From NCBI RefSeq assembly GCF_963676685.1, contig NC_092356.1, positions 65,348,001 to 65,412,000 of the forward strand: DNA of 64,000 nt. Direction: 5' to 3'. Of the stretch, positions 1 to 11,703 are shown one piece after another. The DNA comes from Mytilus edulis. Taxonomy: Eukaryota. Position numbers and translations under genes: made by a program. How positions within the stretch are numbered: position 1 is the stretch's first letter; every line of letters starts with the position of its first letter. The notes beneath the pieces are model-generated. The model did no database searches. It was not told the DNA's origin and saw nothing but the letters and a program-made list of their open reading frames with translations.

Positions 1-2429
1 AACTTTGGTACAACCACAAAATGGGGGTACATTTAAATCAGCTTAACGTGCAGACAAACCACTGGCCTACCTAGACCATGTGTCATAGTACTATGCAATA
101 CAATAGCAATGTCAACAGGGAAGCTTTAAACATGGTGAATGTTTATTCAATAAATTTAAAAACTATCATTTCATTTGGAAAGCAGGGTCAACATGTTGGC
201 TCTACTACAGAAAACTATCTCAGGTAACTACTAGGCTATAAATTGGTATATTGAACAATAGTATTGAACAACGATCCTATCAGTTTTCATTAACAATCCA
301 GTAAAAAATGTCAGTATTCAAAATCACTTCATCACCGAATGTATGAACTATTTTTAAATCATTTTTGAAGTCTTTGTCTATATTTCGGATACTATATTCC
401 TCAATATTTAAGTTCCATAAACGACATTTCAATTTTTTAATGCCTTTGAACAATAGACAAATGATAGTAAAAACTTAAGAAAGATGTTTAGTCAAACATC
501 TATTGTTAAAAATAAGTAGTTCTGTGGATTCCAGTTAAAATGACGGAAATTTGTATCGTTAATTTAAAGTTTATTCAAATGAAGAGAAGAAAAAAATGGT
601 TTTGGTGTTTTTTTCCCTCAAATATCCTGTTTCATGGAGGGTTTTAGTATATTAGCAACATTCCTATTTGTATGTAAATTCAAATATGAAAATATGAAAA
701 TAAGAAGTAGTGGTATGAAAAGTTTTTCAGTAAGTAGTAAAAGCACAAATATAATGTACTTCGGGGAAAATCAAAAACGAAAAGTCCCTTATCAAATTCT
801 CAAACACATCTAACGAATGGATAAAAACTCTCGCATTCCTGACTTGGTACTGGTATTTCCTCATGTAGAAATCCAGTTCTAATATTGATTCAAAACAATA
901 TATGAGATGATATATGTGCTTGAACTACAACGTATATGTCGCATGGAGACAAAAATGCTTCCACAATACGGAATAATAAGGATTACAAACCCATGTTATC
1001 TGGGTTATTCGCTATTTTGTACATTTTTCCTTTGATATATTTTGTGTTAATTTTTCATATCATGCTACTGGCTAACGATGGAAAATTTTCGCTTGAAACT
1101 AAGGAGGCACGTGGCGTTGCTAATGAAAATGACATGAAATTGACAACGTCGTCATAGGTGAAATAGCGATAAACAGTTTTCAATGGTCATCTCAACTCGA
1201 TTGCCGTACCGGCTCAAGAGAGAAAATCAATTTCATTGAGATGATCAACGGTAATCTATAATTATCATGGGTTCTAAATTTAAATATGGATACATGACCT
1301 AACAACATTGATTCACTCAAAAATACCCATTAGCTGAGCTGAACAGTTTGTAAGAAACCTGAAGTTTTTCCAATTGATTGGCTAGATAATTTTCTGTTCT
1401 TGCTTTTGAATGAGAGCTATGATCGTAGTTGTTCTTTATACACGATGATGATGTCCTAGGTTATAACACGAGCACAGTACTATATTTGTATACAATTAAA
1501 ATCACAAAGATACCGAACTGCCAGGAAAATTAAAAACGAAATATCTTTAATCTGATAGAAAATTTAAAAGTCAAAACACTTCAAACGAACGGAGAACGAC
1601 TGACATATTTCAGTACAGGCATTTTGTATGTGAACTTTATATATTTGAGAAATCAAGAGGTTTAGATTTTACATTCTTAAGTATGAATGATTCTTGTGAA
1701 TACAATGTGTTTGGATACAATATGTTTAATGTAGGTCACCGCACGGCTTTCAACAATGAGCAAAGCCCATACCGCATAGTGAGCTATAAAAAGGCCACAA
1801 AATGAAAATGTAAAACAATTCAAACGAGAAAACTAACGGCCTAATGTATGTACAAAATTGAACGAAAAACAAATATGTAACGCATAAACAAACATGCTCT
1901 TTTCCTGAAATATGAAGGAGTATGTATAATATAGCTAATATAGTGTTGCTAAAATGAATCAAGTATCACAAATAAGTGATTGCCTATATAAAGTATATTG
2001 GAACTTGAAATAAAATAAAAAATAAAAGGAAACGTCTTTTGAACCATTAAACCACAAGTGTATAATTATAAACGAGTCCAATATATTGAAAGTTATATGG
2101 AATGCGATAGCCACTCTAGTATTTAACAATTCGCTATGTACCGTCAGGTATTTATGACTTGTTAACAATTCATATTCGAAAAACTTTTCATATACATATA
2201 TATTAATTACCAAAAATGTCTGATAATGAAACTGAGGTTGTCGCCAATGCAATCATTTCTACAGAACGCAAAATTAACACTTATCTGCCGTTTCTATAGC
2301 AATTGGATTTTCGAGGACACATTGCAAGAAATGGGAAACGCTTTACAAGAATGTGGATAAACTATGAAATTACAAAGGTTAGAGAAGCAAGAGGGCAAAA
2401 CAAAAACTGCTACGTCCTAAACGTACATA

Positions 2430-2838
2430 GAAGAGGGGCGAAAATAAACTGACAACGACATGGCTAAAAATGAAAAAAGGCAAACAGACAAACAATAGTA
2501 CACATGACACACCATAGAAAACTATAGAATATACAAAACGAACCCCACAAAAAACAAGGGGTGATTTCAGGTGCTCCAAAAGGGTAAACAAATCCTGCTC
2601 CACATGTGACACCCGTCGTGTTGCTTATGTGATATCAAATCCGGTAAATAGTCCAATTCGATATGTCACATTCATGAACGGGAAGGGGATTGTAGTAATG
2701 ACGTAAGGAACATATCCGATATCATTAGTGTGTACTATTGTTTGTCTGTTTGTCTTTTTTAATTTTAGCCATGGCGTTGTCAGTTTATTTTCGATTTATG
2801 AGTTTGATTGCCTCTTTGGTATCTTTCGTCCCTCTTCT
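2430..2838. mobile_element. Penelope-like 3' tail (minus, ~2430-2730) fused to an inverted partial copy (plus, ~2730-2838)
   Basis: catggctaaaaatg..acaaacaatagtacaca on the left is the reverse complement of tgtactattgtttgt..ttttagccatgg on the right. Confidence 0.75.
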
Positions 2839-2904
2839 ATGCACGTTTAGAACGCAGCAGGTTTTATCTTGCCTTCGTGCTTCTCTAACAAACGAGACCA
2901 AGAG

Positions 2905-3110
2905 CAAGTTGAAGACATTGATACATATGTCGCTGCATTGCGTACATTAGTCAAAACATGTTATTATGCACAATAGAGAAAAGCTTAATAAGAGACAGAA
3001 TAATGATTGGAGTTCTTGAAAATTCAACGAGAAAGAAGTTATTACAGGATGCAAAACTAACTTTGAATCATTATGTAGACATCTACCGCGCAAATGGAAA
3101 AAAAGAATAT
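2905..3110 (+). mobile_element. Gypsy/Ty3 LTR-retrotransposon gag remnant
   Basis: IDTYVAALRTLVKTC, then after a frameshift LIRDRIMIGV..STRKKLLQDAKLTL..VDIYRA, matching the common invertebrate Gypsy gag motif. Confidence 0.7.
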
Positions 3111-3854
3111 AAAAAGGAAAGATATTTCACAAGAGGAGGACCAGTATGTAAGGAGACGGGATCAAAAACCCAGAAAAAAACTTGACACCGAGACCGCAAA
3201 CCAATTAGACATTTCTCGAATCAGTATGAATTTACGCATACAAGTTCGCAGAGATATCCACAATCAAATGGAAAAGTTTAAAACGCTATCAAGACAACAA
3301 AAAGGTTGATGGTTAAATCTCAAAAGCCCGTATTTACAATAGTTAAATTGGAGAAATACACCATCTGAAGGCTTATGTAGTTCTCCGTCACAACGTGTGT
3401 TCGGAAGAAGAGGTAGAACCATTCTACTATCGGCGTCAAGATTATTGAAGCTGGATATTCAAACAAATGTTGTGGGAAACAAGAAGATTCAACAGGAGAA
3501 AGAGCGTTACTATACACCTCGCCAAAAGTTAAGCAACACCTGATAATTTTCCAGAATCGTCTTTTACTGAATTCATAACTTATCGAAATATCGATACAAT
3601 GAACTGAATTTGTGTTTTATTAGATAACATATAACATATTGATTGACATATTGATTGAAAAGTAAAATTTTGGACTGTTGATTGATTTTTTTGCTATTTC
3701 ATTTTGGGCAAATGGTTGTAAAATGGCAAAATAAAATACAAGATAAAGTTTCCATTTATACTGAAGTTTTTTAAACATTTGCTTTGCTCTATACACAAAT
3801 TATTTTCAAAACTCGAGAGTGACAATTTGTGAATACATTAAAGTGCAATTTAGG

Positions 3855-4600
3855 TCAGTAGCGAGTGTATCCTCCACGCTTCCTGAAAATTTCATCCACA
3901 CGTCGTCTAATGCTTTGAACTAAGAGTCGTAATGATCTAACACGATTTCTTTTCTCAATCAAGGGTGCTCGTAGTTCCTGTTAATTCTTACTAACTGAAA
4001 CCCTGTTGCTAATTTTTCGACCAATATCATCCCGGACATGCTCAATGGGATTCATATCCGGTGACATGGGTGGCCAAGGAATAGAGTCAGTTACCTCCTG
4101 ACGTAAATAAGCTAAAACAATGCGTGTTCTGCGTGGTCTAGCATATTCATCAAGGAATATTGGTCTAGTTGCAAGATTGTGATAGTTAAAATGTGACACA
4201 ACGATATCCTGGATGATTTTTTCGCGATATTGTGACCCGTCATGTCCTATCCAGAACATAAAGGTCAATTTTGCAGTCAAATAAAAGCATAACAAAATTG
4301 TCAAAATGCCTACCAACAAACGTTGTAGCTCCAAGAATGTGCCGTTTCCTGTATGCTGTATTCTGATAACGCCATACGCGCATGCGCTCATCAATATGAT
4401 GTTGGAGAAATATTCTCTCGTCAGACCAATGGACTTGACGTCACTGTCTCAAAGTCCTATAGCGGTGACCCAGTGACTACTTATGTCGAGCTTGGGGATG
4501 CCTACGAGTAAGCAGTGGTCTTTTGACTGGCCTACGGGCACATGAATTGGCACAATATAGTCTGCGGTTAACAGTTACATTTCAATGCATGAAACTTGCA
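3855..4600 (-). mobile_element. Degenerate Tc1/mariner transposase remnant
   Basis: Minus-strand translation gives DEYARPR (cf. DNARPH) and WPPMSPDMNPIEHV (cf. WPxxSPDLNPIE), and ends RKRGGYTRY* at 3855, the typical Tc1 C-terminus. Frameshifted; 5' boundary approximate. Confidence 0.85.
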
Positions 4601-4799
4601 AGGAACAAACTTGTATGTAGCTTTATAAAACCTGTTTTCTAAGGTACATAGGGAAAAATTTATACCTGAATTCTTACCTTTCGATTAAAAATAGGTTTAC
4701 GAAATATATGGAAAAAAGCAGTATCAAATTGTATTCTAAAACAAATATTAGAAGCAAAAACATTTAGGTGTTGCTTAACTTTTGGCGAGGTGTATATTA

Positions 4800-5112
4800 T
4801 TCCATTTCTAAGTAGCAACACTCCAGCATCACTTGCATACGGCGTATTTGTCTCCCAATTGATACGATATTCCAGTGCTTGCATTTCCTATAATGATTTT
4901 CTAGATAAAGGGTTGTTACTCACAATGAAGCTATTAAATCAAGAGTGTCAAATGGTGCAGTTGAAATCATTTCTTCGTAAATTTACGGACGCCATCACGA
5001 GTTGGGTGACCGTTATGGAATAACCGTTTCACAAATGATATCGGATATGTTCCTGACGTCGTAACTACAATCCCCTTCCCTTTCATAAATGTGACCTTCC
5101 AAATTAGACTAT
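4800..5112 (+). mobile_element. Penelope-like RT C-terminal fragment
   Basis: PFLSSNTPASLAYGVFVSQLIRYSSACISYNDFLDKG aligns with the 62991..63461 protein. Confidence 0.78.
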
Positions 5113-6589
5113 ATCTTTAACGCGTAAAGTAACTGTTTGTCATAAAATCACATTATCCTTATTGTCTTTCTGATCAATGTGCTGGCGGCGTTGATTCCAA
5201 AGATTTGAAATAGAAATGATTTATTTACTTCTTTATGTGAATATATCATTAGTGAATTTTTAAAATGGAAATGATATGAATATTATAAAGTTTGTTTCAA
5301 ATTTGAACACTCATAACTATTTTGTTCAAACCCTTGATGATATGACAAACAGGTGAAAGGGGGGAGGGGCTCTACAAGTGAAAAATGCATCGTTGAAATA
5401 GACATTTGATTGGATATTTGTTCTTTATAATAGGGTCTCATATCAATCAGAATAACAAAGTCAAACAATCTTTGTATTCTACTATTAGAAAGTACTGTAA
5501 ATACTGATGCAAAGAAAAACAACTCCGATTTTCTGACTATTTTCATATAAATCACGAATTGGATTTGCCAAATCATATTTTTGATATGGTAATCACTACT
5601 AGCTTCTAAATCTAGCTCGTTTGGTAAATAAATCAATCAATGTGATCAGATTGACAACATTAGTATAAAGTTGTTTTTTTTTCTCAGCGCGAGAACTTTC
5701 AAACGATAACAAAAGATACTTGTATTTGAATGGCAATTGAAATTCAAAAGACTTCGATGAATCCCATTTAAGAAATGAGGCAACAGAGATACTTTTCAAT
5801 GTACATTTCAACTTAGTTTTTGGGAGTGCTATCAAAAAATGTTATTCATACATGTGCATAGTTACTTATGTTTTTCTGCGTCGTAAGTATAGGAAGATTT
5901 GATACGTTGTAATCAGTTTTGAATAATCGTTCCCTTTTTTTTTTTTTTTTTGGCTAATTATGTTTCTTCACATAGTTTGCCGCAAACAGTCCTACCAAAT
6001 AGACATGTCTCTTAATCCCCTTTGTTAAGCTCGAGAGAATTTATTTCTCATCTGCTAATAATAGAATTGTTTTAAAACACATTTTATTAGAAAGAATAAC
6101 CATACTCTTAGGTAAAAACTTACAAAATTGAAGATTATCAACCAACTGAACGAGTGCAAAATATGTTTCTAAAGGGTGCTTATAGTATTGATCAGAAGCA
6201 CCTGAAGTCTCCCCAGTTTTAAGTTGGGTTTTTGTTGCACGGTCTTTAGTTTTCTATATAGGGTTTTTATACTGTTGTTTGCTTCTTTAGTCTTTGTTTT
6301 GCCATGCCGTTGTTAGTTTATTTTCGCGTCTGAATGTCACTTTTATAAAATTATAGACGTGATATAGACGAACAAATAACGGGAATGAAACTGTACTACT
6401 TTATGCAGACTTATTTCTCTGTAATCATTTTTTTAAAGACGTCACAAACCGTGTCGTATATCTGAATGAAAATGTCTTTAAATAGATCGTGAGAAAGAGT
6501 TTGCAATTGATTTTCTTAATTGAAAAAAGATAAACAAGTCATTTTAACTCTGATGATATAAAGAGGAAATTTAAATGAAAATAGAAAAT

Positions 6590-7850
6590 TAGTAGTTGAC
6601 TCTATATTTCTCTAGTAAAGTAAGTAAATAGGGTTCAACATGTTCAAACGATAATGTCATAATTAATGTCAATCTTCTTTGTCATGCTAGTTTCAAGTTA
6701 AAATATCACAAGATATAGAACACGTTTACATATCATATATATAAAATGTATATCTTGGCTGACATTCAATAAGTGACTTGGCAATGGTTTACATTAAGTT
6801 AAATCTATATTATTTATATTAAAAATTGAAAATACTTGTCTGTGTGTGTGCTTAAGTGTGTGTCTGTGTTTTTTAAATCTAGGGTTAAGTTAGGTATTAC
6901 GTTTTTGGATATTTTACTGGCTTTTGTCTGATCATTCTGATCGTTGAATAATGTAAAATGATACTAGACTTGTGATTCCATGTTTATTATGTAACTATTG
7001 TGACGATCGGCTTTATTGAAACAATAAATCCTATCACACCATTATGACCGATCCGTTGAAATAACAGTGCTGGAACTTATTGTTTATGTATTTGAGCAAA
7101 AAAGAGCGATACATGGCAACGTTTTGATTTATTTAATAGAAATGTGTTTAATTCGTGTCGAGTAGTTTTTAAACGCCTATTTGAAACAAATTTCAAATGT
7201 ATCCTGTAGTGTGTGAAGTTTAAACAAACACATTAGGTTGCTAAGATAAACATCCTATTCTTATTATTTGATACACAACAAACTGTTCTTTGTTCTTTTC
7301 TTTTTATATATAACTTCCATATTGATGAAATGCAGCTTTTCACTTTAATGTTATTTAAGTAAGTTTGATTTATATTGTTAAATGCTCCATGTCCCTATCC
7401 TTGATAACGCGTGAAGCATAACAGTTTACATACAAATATTTTAATGTTTATACATTTAAATACGTTGGAATGATTTTAACGATGCATGACTTATAAAAAA
7501 TCAATGAATTTGTATTATTTTACTTTTGACTTTCAATACCCTTTTTTATATATATATACATGTCAATACATGCAATACAAATAATACTTTATTCAATTTA
7601 GCGACGCCTTATGTAAAATATTTGCAGTAAAAAAGGTATACACTTTTCGTCACGACGAGGAAACCCTTAGATGTCCATTTACTTATGGAAAACTTGCATT
7701 ACAAAAAACTTTTAAATTAGTAAGTGTTTGATTTTACCTTTAATTTTTACATAATATTTCATAAACTTACTTTTACGTATTACATTTTTAATCTACCATC
7801 AAAACTTATCTTATGACCTCTTGTGACCTTTATTACGTATGTAATATTGT
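6590..7850 (+). promoter_or_regulatory. Conserved upstream block of subfamily-A genes: putative promoter and non-coding first exon ending at donor GTAAGT (7720)
   Basis: Homologous blocks at ~15425-16520, ~22585-23800 and ~33770-35000. GTAAGT is positionally conserved at 7720, 16381, 23663 and 34870. The function is inferred. Confidence 0.5.
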
Positions 7851-9159
7851 TGTTGTTCTCTAAGAATTTATCGACGAGTCATCGACATTTTGTGTATTTG
7901 AAGACAGATCGTTATGCCTATCATCTTCTATTATCAACTTGACAGAAAATGTAGCAGTAACTAAATGACAAAAAAAACAAAGGCATTAAAACATTACACA
8001 TGTAAGTAACCAACTATTAGCTTTTCAAAATGTCAAGCTATTAACCGTGTAATATTCTGAATAAACTATATAGAAAGTTTCAAATAGCTCTTAAAAAAGT
8101 AAGATTTTCTATGATCAAGATAAACACAATGCATTCAATTGCTAATCTTCCTAGGATTGCCAATATTTTTCCGGTAAACTTTTCAGAACCATTTAAACTT
8201 TAAATCAAATATATCTTTCACACTTTTCAGAAATGACGACGAATCCTAGATTTTGCGGTATCTGTGACCAACGCCATATCACAAAGCCCTCAAGTGATTG
8301 GTGTTCCGAATGTAACCAAGCTCTATGTACCGAATGTAAAGATCTCCATGCAATTATTAAAGCTTTACAACATCATTCGTTGATACCAATAGCGAACTAC
8401 CTATCTCTTGGTACCTCTTTTTCTTTAGTTGAGGGACATTGTCCCTTACACGACGACAAATATCAACTGTTTTGTCAATCACATGACTGTTTACTCTGTC
8501 TTACATGTTTAGAAGAACATATGAATTGTGAGAACGTGGTTCGTATCAGTAAGCTAACCAAAGATATAAAAACGTCTGAAATTTTTTTAGAAACTAAAAA
8601 TGGTCTATCGGAGATTATACTCAAGTTATCGAAATTACAAAGTCAGCTTGAGGATAACTTAAGGAATATCAAGATACAAAAAGAATCAGCACTTCGAGAA
8701 ATATATCAGATAAGAGAAAAGATGAATAACCATCTGAATCAAATTGAAAGCGCTCTGAAAACAGAACTATGTGAAATAATGGATGATCAGTGCCACAGTG
8801 GTATTGATATGACGTCTTTACAAGAGGTTAAAAGGGAGAAAGCGAATGTTGAACATTTCCAGCAACAGATGGAAGACCTCAGTAAATATGGATCAGATCT
8901 ACAAACGTTCTTTGACCTACGAAAGATAATTGCAAAAACTGCCACCGCTAATCAGTACTTGCAGACCTTGGCGGACGATGGTAAATTAGATAAAATGACA
9001 TTTACCTGTGAAATCAATAAGCTTATTCCAGACTTCCTTACGGATGTAAAGAGTTTAGGAAAAATCCAATTACAGAAAATTCCTGGTTATATTACACTGG
9101 ATAGTGCAAAAGACGCAAATGCACAGTTGGTAGGTTCGGGAAACAAATCTATTAGTGAT

Positions 9160-11296
9160 CTACAGATTTCTTTTCTGATATTGCATGGTGGGCGTATTTT
9201 ATGAATGTGTTCGATGGAACAGTAATTTTTTTAGATTCTAAACCAGTTACTGCTTGCAAACTGATGCGTGTTTACATAGTGGTGCAGGATATTATGAAGA
9301 TTTTGTTTGTGTGATTGGGACACATATTAACCGAGTTTTAAGAACTATCACTTAAATATTAAAGAGACTATGACTATTGTGTTGTCAACGATGCGATAGG
9401 GACATTTGTGGGCTTATAGACGTGTTGTCGAATCTACACACAACATGACTACAAAATGCATCATTAAGAAAGGTAGTTTTAGAAACAAAACTTTAATGGC
9501 TCAGTTGAGAGAACTTTTCTGGTTGTCGGCTGCACACAATTTTGACATCAGAGCCAAATTTATCAGTGGTCGTAATAATGTAATTGCTGACGCCGCGTCA
9601 AGACTTCATGAACCAGGACAATTATCTAGGCTTTATGATAAACTTTTGAGCCACTTATTTTATATACCGTTTACGACTATCGAGGTACTAAATCACATAT
9701 TTTTTTCACTTTTTTAATGCCAAATGAAGAAACAATGGAAACACAAATGAATATTGGAGAACAGCGTGGCTCGCTTGAAAAGCGAGGGGTGGGCTAGTTC
9801 AATTTCAGGATTTTACCATACCCATCTTAAGCCAAATTATGACCTAAAACCAGTGCCATACACTACCAAAACTGTAGAACTTTACATCGCTTTTCTTGTG
9901 GATGTGAACAACTTTGCGTTTAGCTCGATACGATCGTTCTTGAACATTATTTCTGTGCTGTATAAATCACACGACAAACCGGACCCTATTGCAAGCTGTT
10001 GGAATGGCCGACATTTACTAACTGGTGTCAAACGGGAACTTGGTACTAGTAAAAATTGTAAAACACCTGTTACGCCAGAACTGTGGTTAAGATTTAAGTC
10101 AATTTTAAATCTTTAATGTCCTTATAATATTGTTTTTTGGGCTGCTTGCCTTACAGGTTTTTATGTTTTTTGCGACCAAACAATTTTTTAGTCAAAGGTC
10201 CTTTTAATCCAATTTTGAAATTGAAATTGAAATCAATTTCCGCAGGGTATATGTGCTGCCTTGTGGCTGGGTATGTTTGTAACGCTCAAAGTAACCAAGA
10301 CGCTGCAGTTTCAATCTAAGCTTATTGAGGTAAGTTTTTCCTTTGTTACACGGTCACCAACTTTGTCCGTATGAAGATTTATCCCGTGTGCTGCCTTACC
10401 TGGAGATCCCTTAGATCCTTTATTTAGTTCGTCTGACAAAAGATGTTTGTCTTATACTGTTTGTCTCCAATGCCTTCGTTTTTTGTTACAACACCTTGAC
10501 TGTAATCCTCATAATGGGGACACTCTTTTCGTACGGTTGCTGCCACTTGGGCAGGATCTATAGGTCTTTCGGATAGTGACAATAAATTGTTAGGTTATTG
10601 GTCAAGAGATTGATTTTACGCTATATTGATTTTGATAGAGACCAGCGTCTCAAAGCCATGACGTCTTTCTGTTCTTGATTACCTTCTTTTAAACAACTAC
10701 CCCTTCTTGTTTGGGTTTGGTGTTATATTTTTATTATGTCATATATCATGTACAAGGGTGGTGTTAGGCTTGGGTTACCAATGCAAGCTAATAAAATTGC
10801 CATTATTATATTATTGTTGTTATCTTAGACACCCTTGTCACATCTGCTTGCCAATTAACTAGTAACTCAAAGGTAAAGTGTAATTTAGGAAAAATGTAGT
10901 TTTAACCACGTGTATTAATATCACATGGTTAGCTAGCCTTGAGACGACCTCTCACTAATGCGCAGCTTCGCAGAGATAGTGACCCCATTGAATTGTGATC
11001 AGCTTCGTAAGCATGCAAGCAAATTTTTCCTTAAGCCCCGCCTACCCTCCAAGTAGTTTTACTAAGGGTGTTGTGGGATTTTGCTTTTCTTATTTTTGAA
11101 TATTTTTTGTAGTTGAGTATTAGTAATACTTATTGTTTTATTGTATGGGGTTATATTTTTTATTACGTCATATATCATGTACAAGAGGGGTGTTAGGCTT
11201 TGGGTTACCAAGGAAATAAAATTGCCATTATTTTATTATTGCTGTTATCTTAGACAGCCTTGTCACATCTGCTTGTCAATTAACTAGTGAGGTAAA
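9160..11296 (+). mobile_element. 5'-truncated tyrosine-recombinase retrotransposon (DIRS order, Ngaro/PAT-type split direct repeats)
   Basis: Decayed RT-end/RNase H motifs (DIAWWAYF..FDG, QTDAC, ISGRNNVIADAASR), then tyrosine recombinase (FLRPNN, GHSFRT.AATWA, IKLLGYWS..RYID). The 3' end is repeat B1 (~10719-10877), a spacer (~10878-11146) and repeat B2 (~11147-11296). Confidence 0.88.
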
Positions 11297-11571
11297 TTCA
11301 TACTATCAATTTAAGTGGAGAATTTACTGGATGTCTTATTCTTCCAGATGAAAAAATTGTGCTATGTGATTGTAAAAATAACAGTGACTGCATACAAATA
11401 TTGCATTCACATGGAGATCTCATTTTCAAAATCCCAGCGTCATCCAGCTATTATTCGGATGTAACTATGTTGATAAACAAACGGTAGCTGTAGTTTCAGA
11501 CGTCCAACAGCAAGTATTTATAATAAATGTGGAAACATGCAAACCCCGGATTCATGTTATGCAACAACTCA

Positions 11572-11703
11572 CATTTTAATGTTGTGTCAACATTCTCCTC
11601 TTATATTTAATGCGTTCCTCTCGGTTTTGGTTTGTGACCCAGATTTGTTTTTTTCTATCGATTTATGAGTTTTGAACATCGGTATACTACTGTTGCATTT
11701 ATT
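11572..11703 (+). repeat. SINE-like repeat fragment inserted in the copy 1 propeller; relatives at ~18050-18413, 25010-25330, 29727-29830(-), 38625-38758, 45446-45660(-), 53700-53795, 59870-60060
   Basis: Shared core gatttatgagttttgaaca(g/t)cggtatactactgttgc(c/a)tttattt. Confidence 0.7.

Noticed and set aside
7655-7700. kB-like (ggaaaccc, gggaaatttg) and ISRE-like (28543-28570) motifs upstream of genes
   Set aside because: Imperfect matches, not conserved across all copies and expected by chance in AT-rich DNA.
9754-10680. Tyrosine recombinase as a domesticated enzyme rearranging the gene array (V(D)J- or shufflon-like system)
   Set aside because: Both YR copies have stops and frameshifts, sit beside RNase H within a recognisable retrotransposon, and I see no recombination sites flanking the cassettes.
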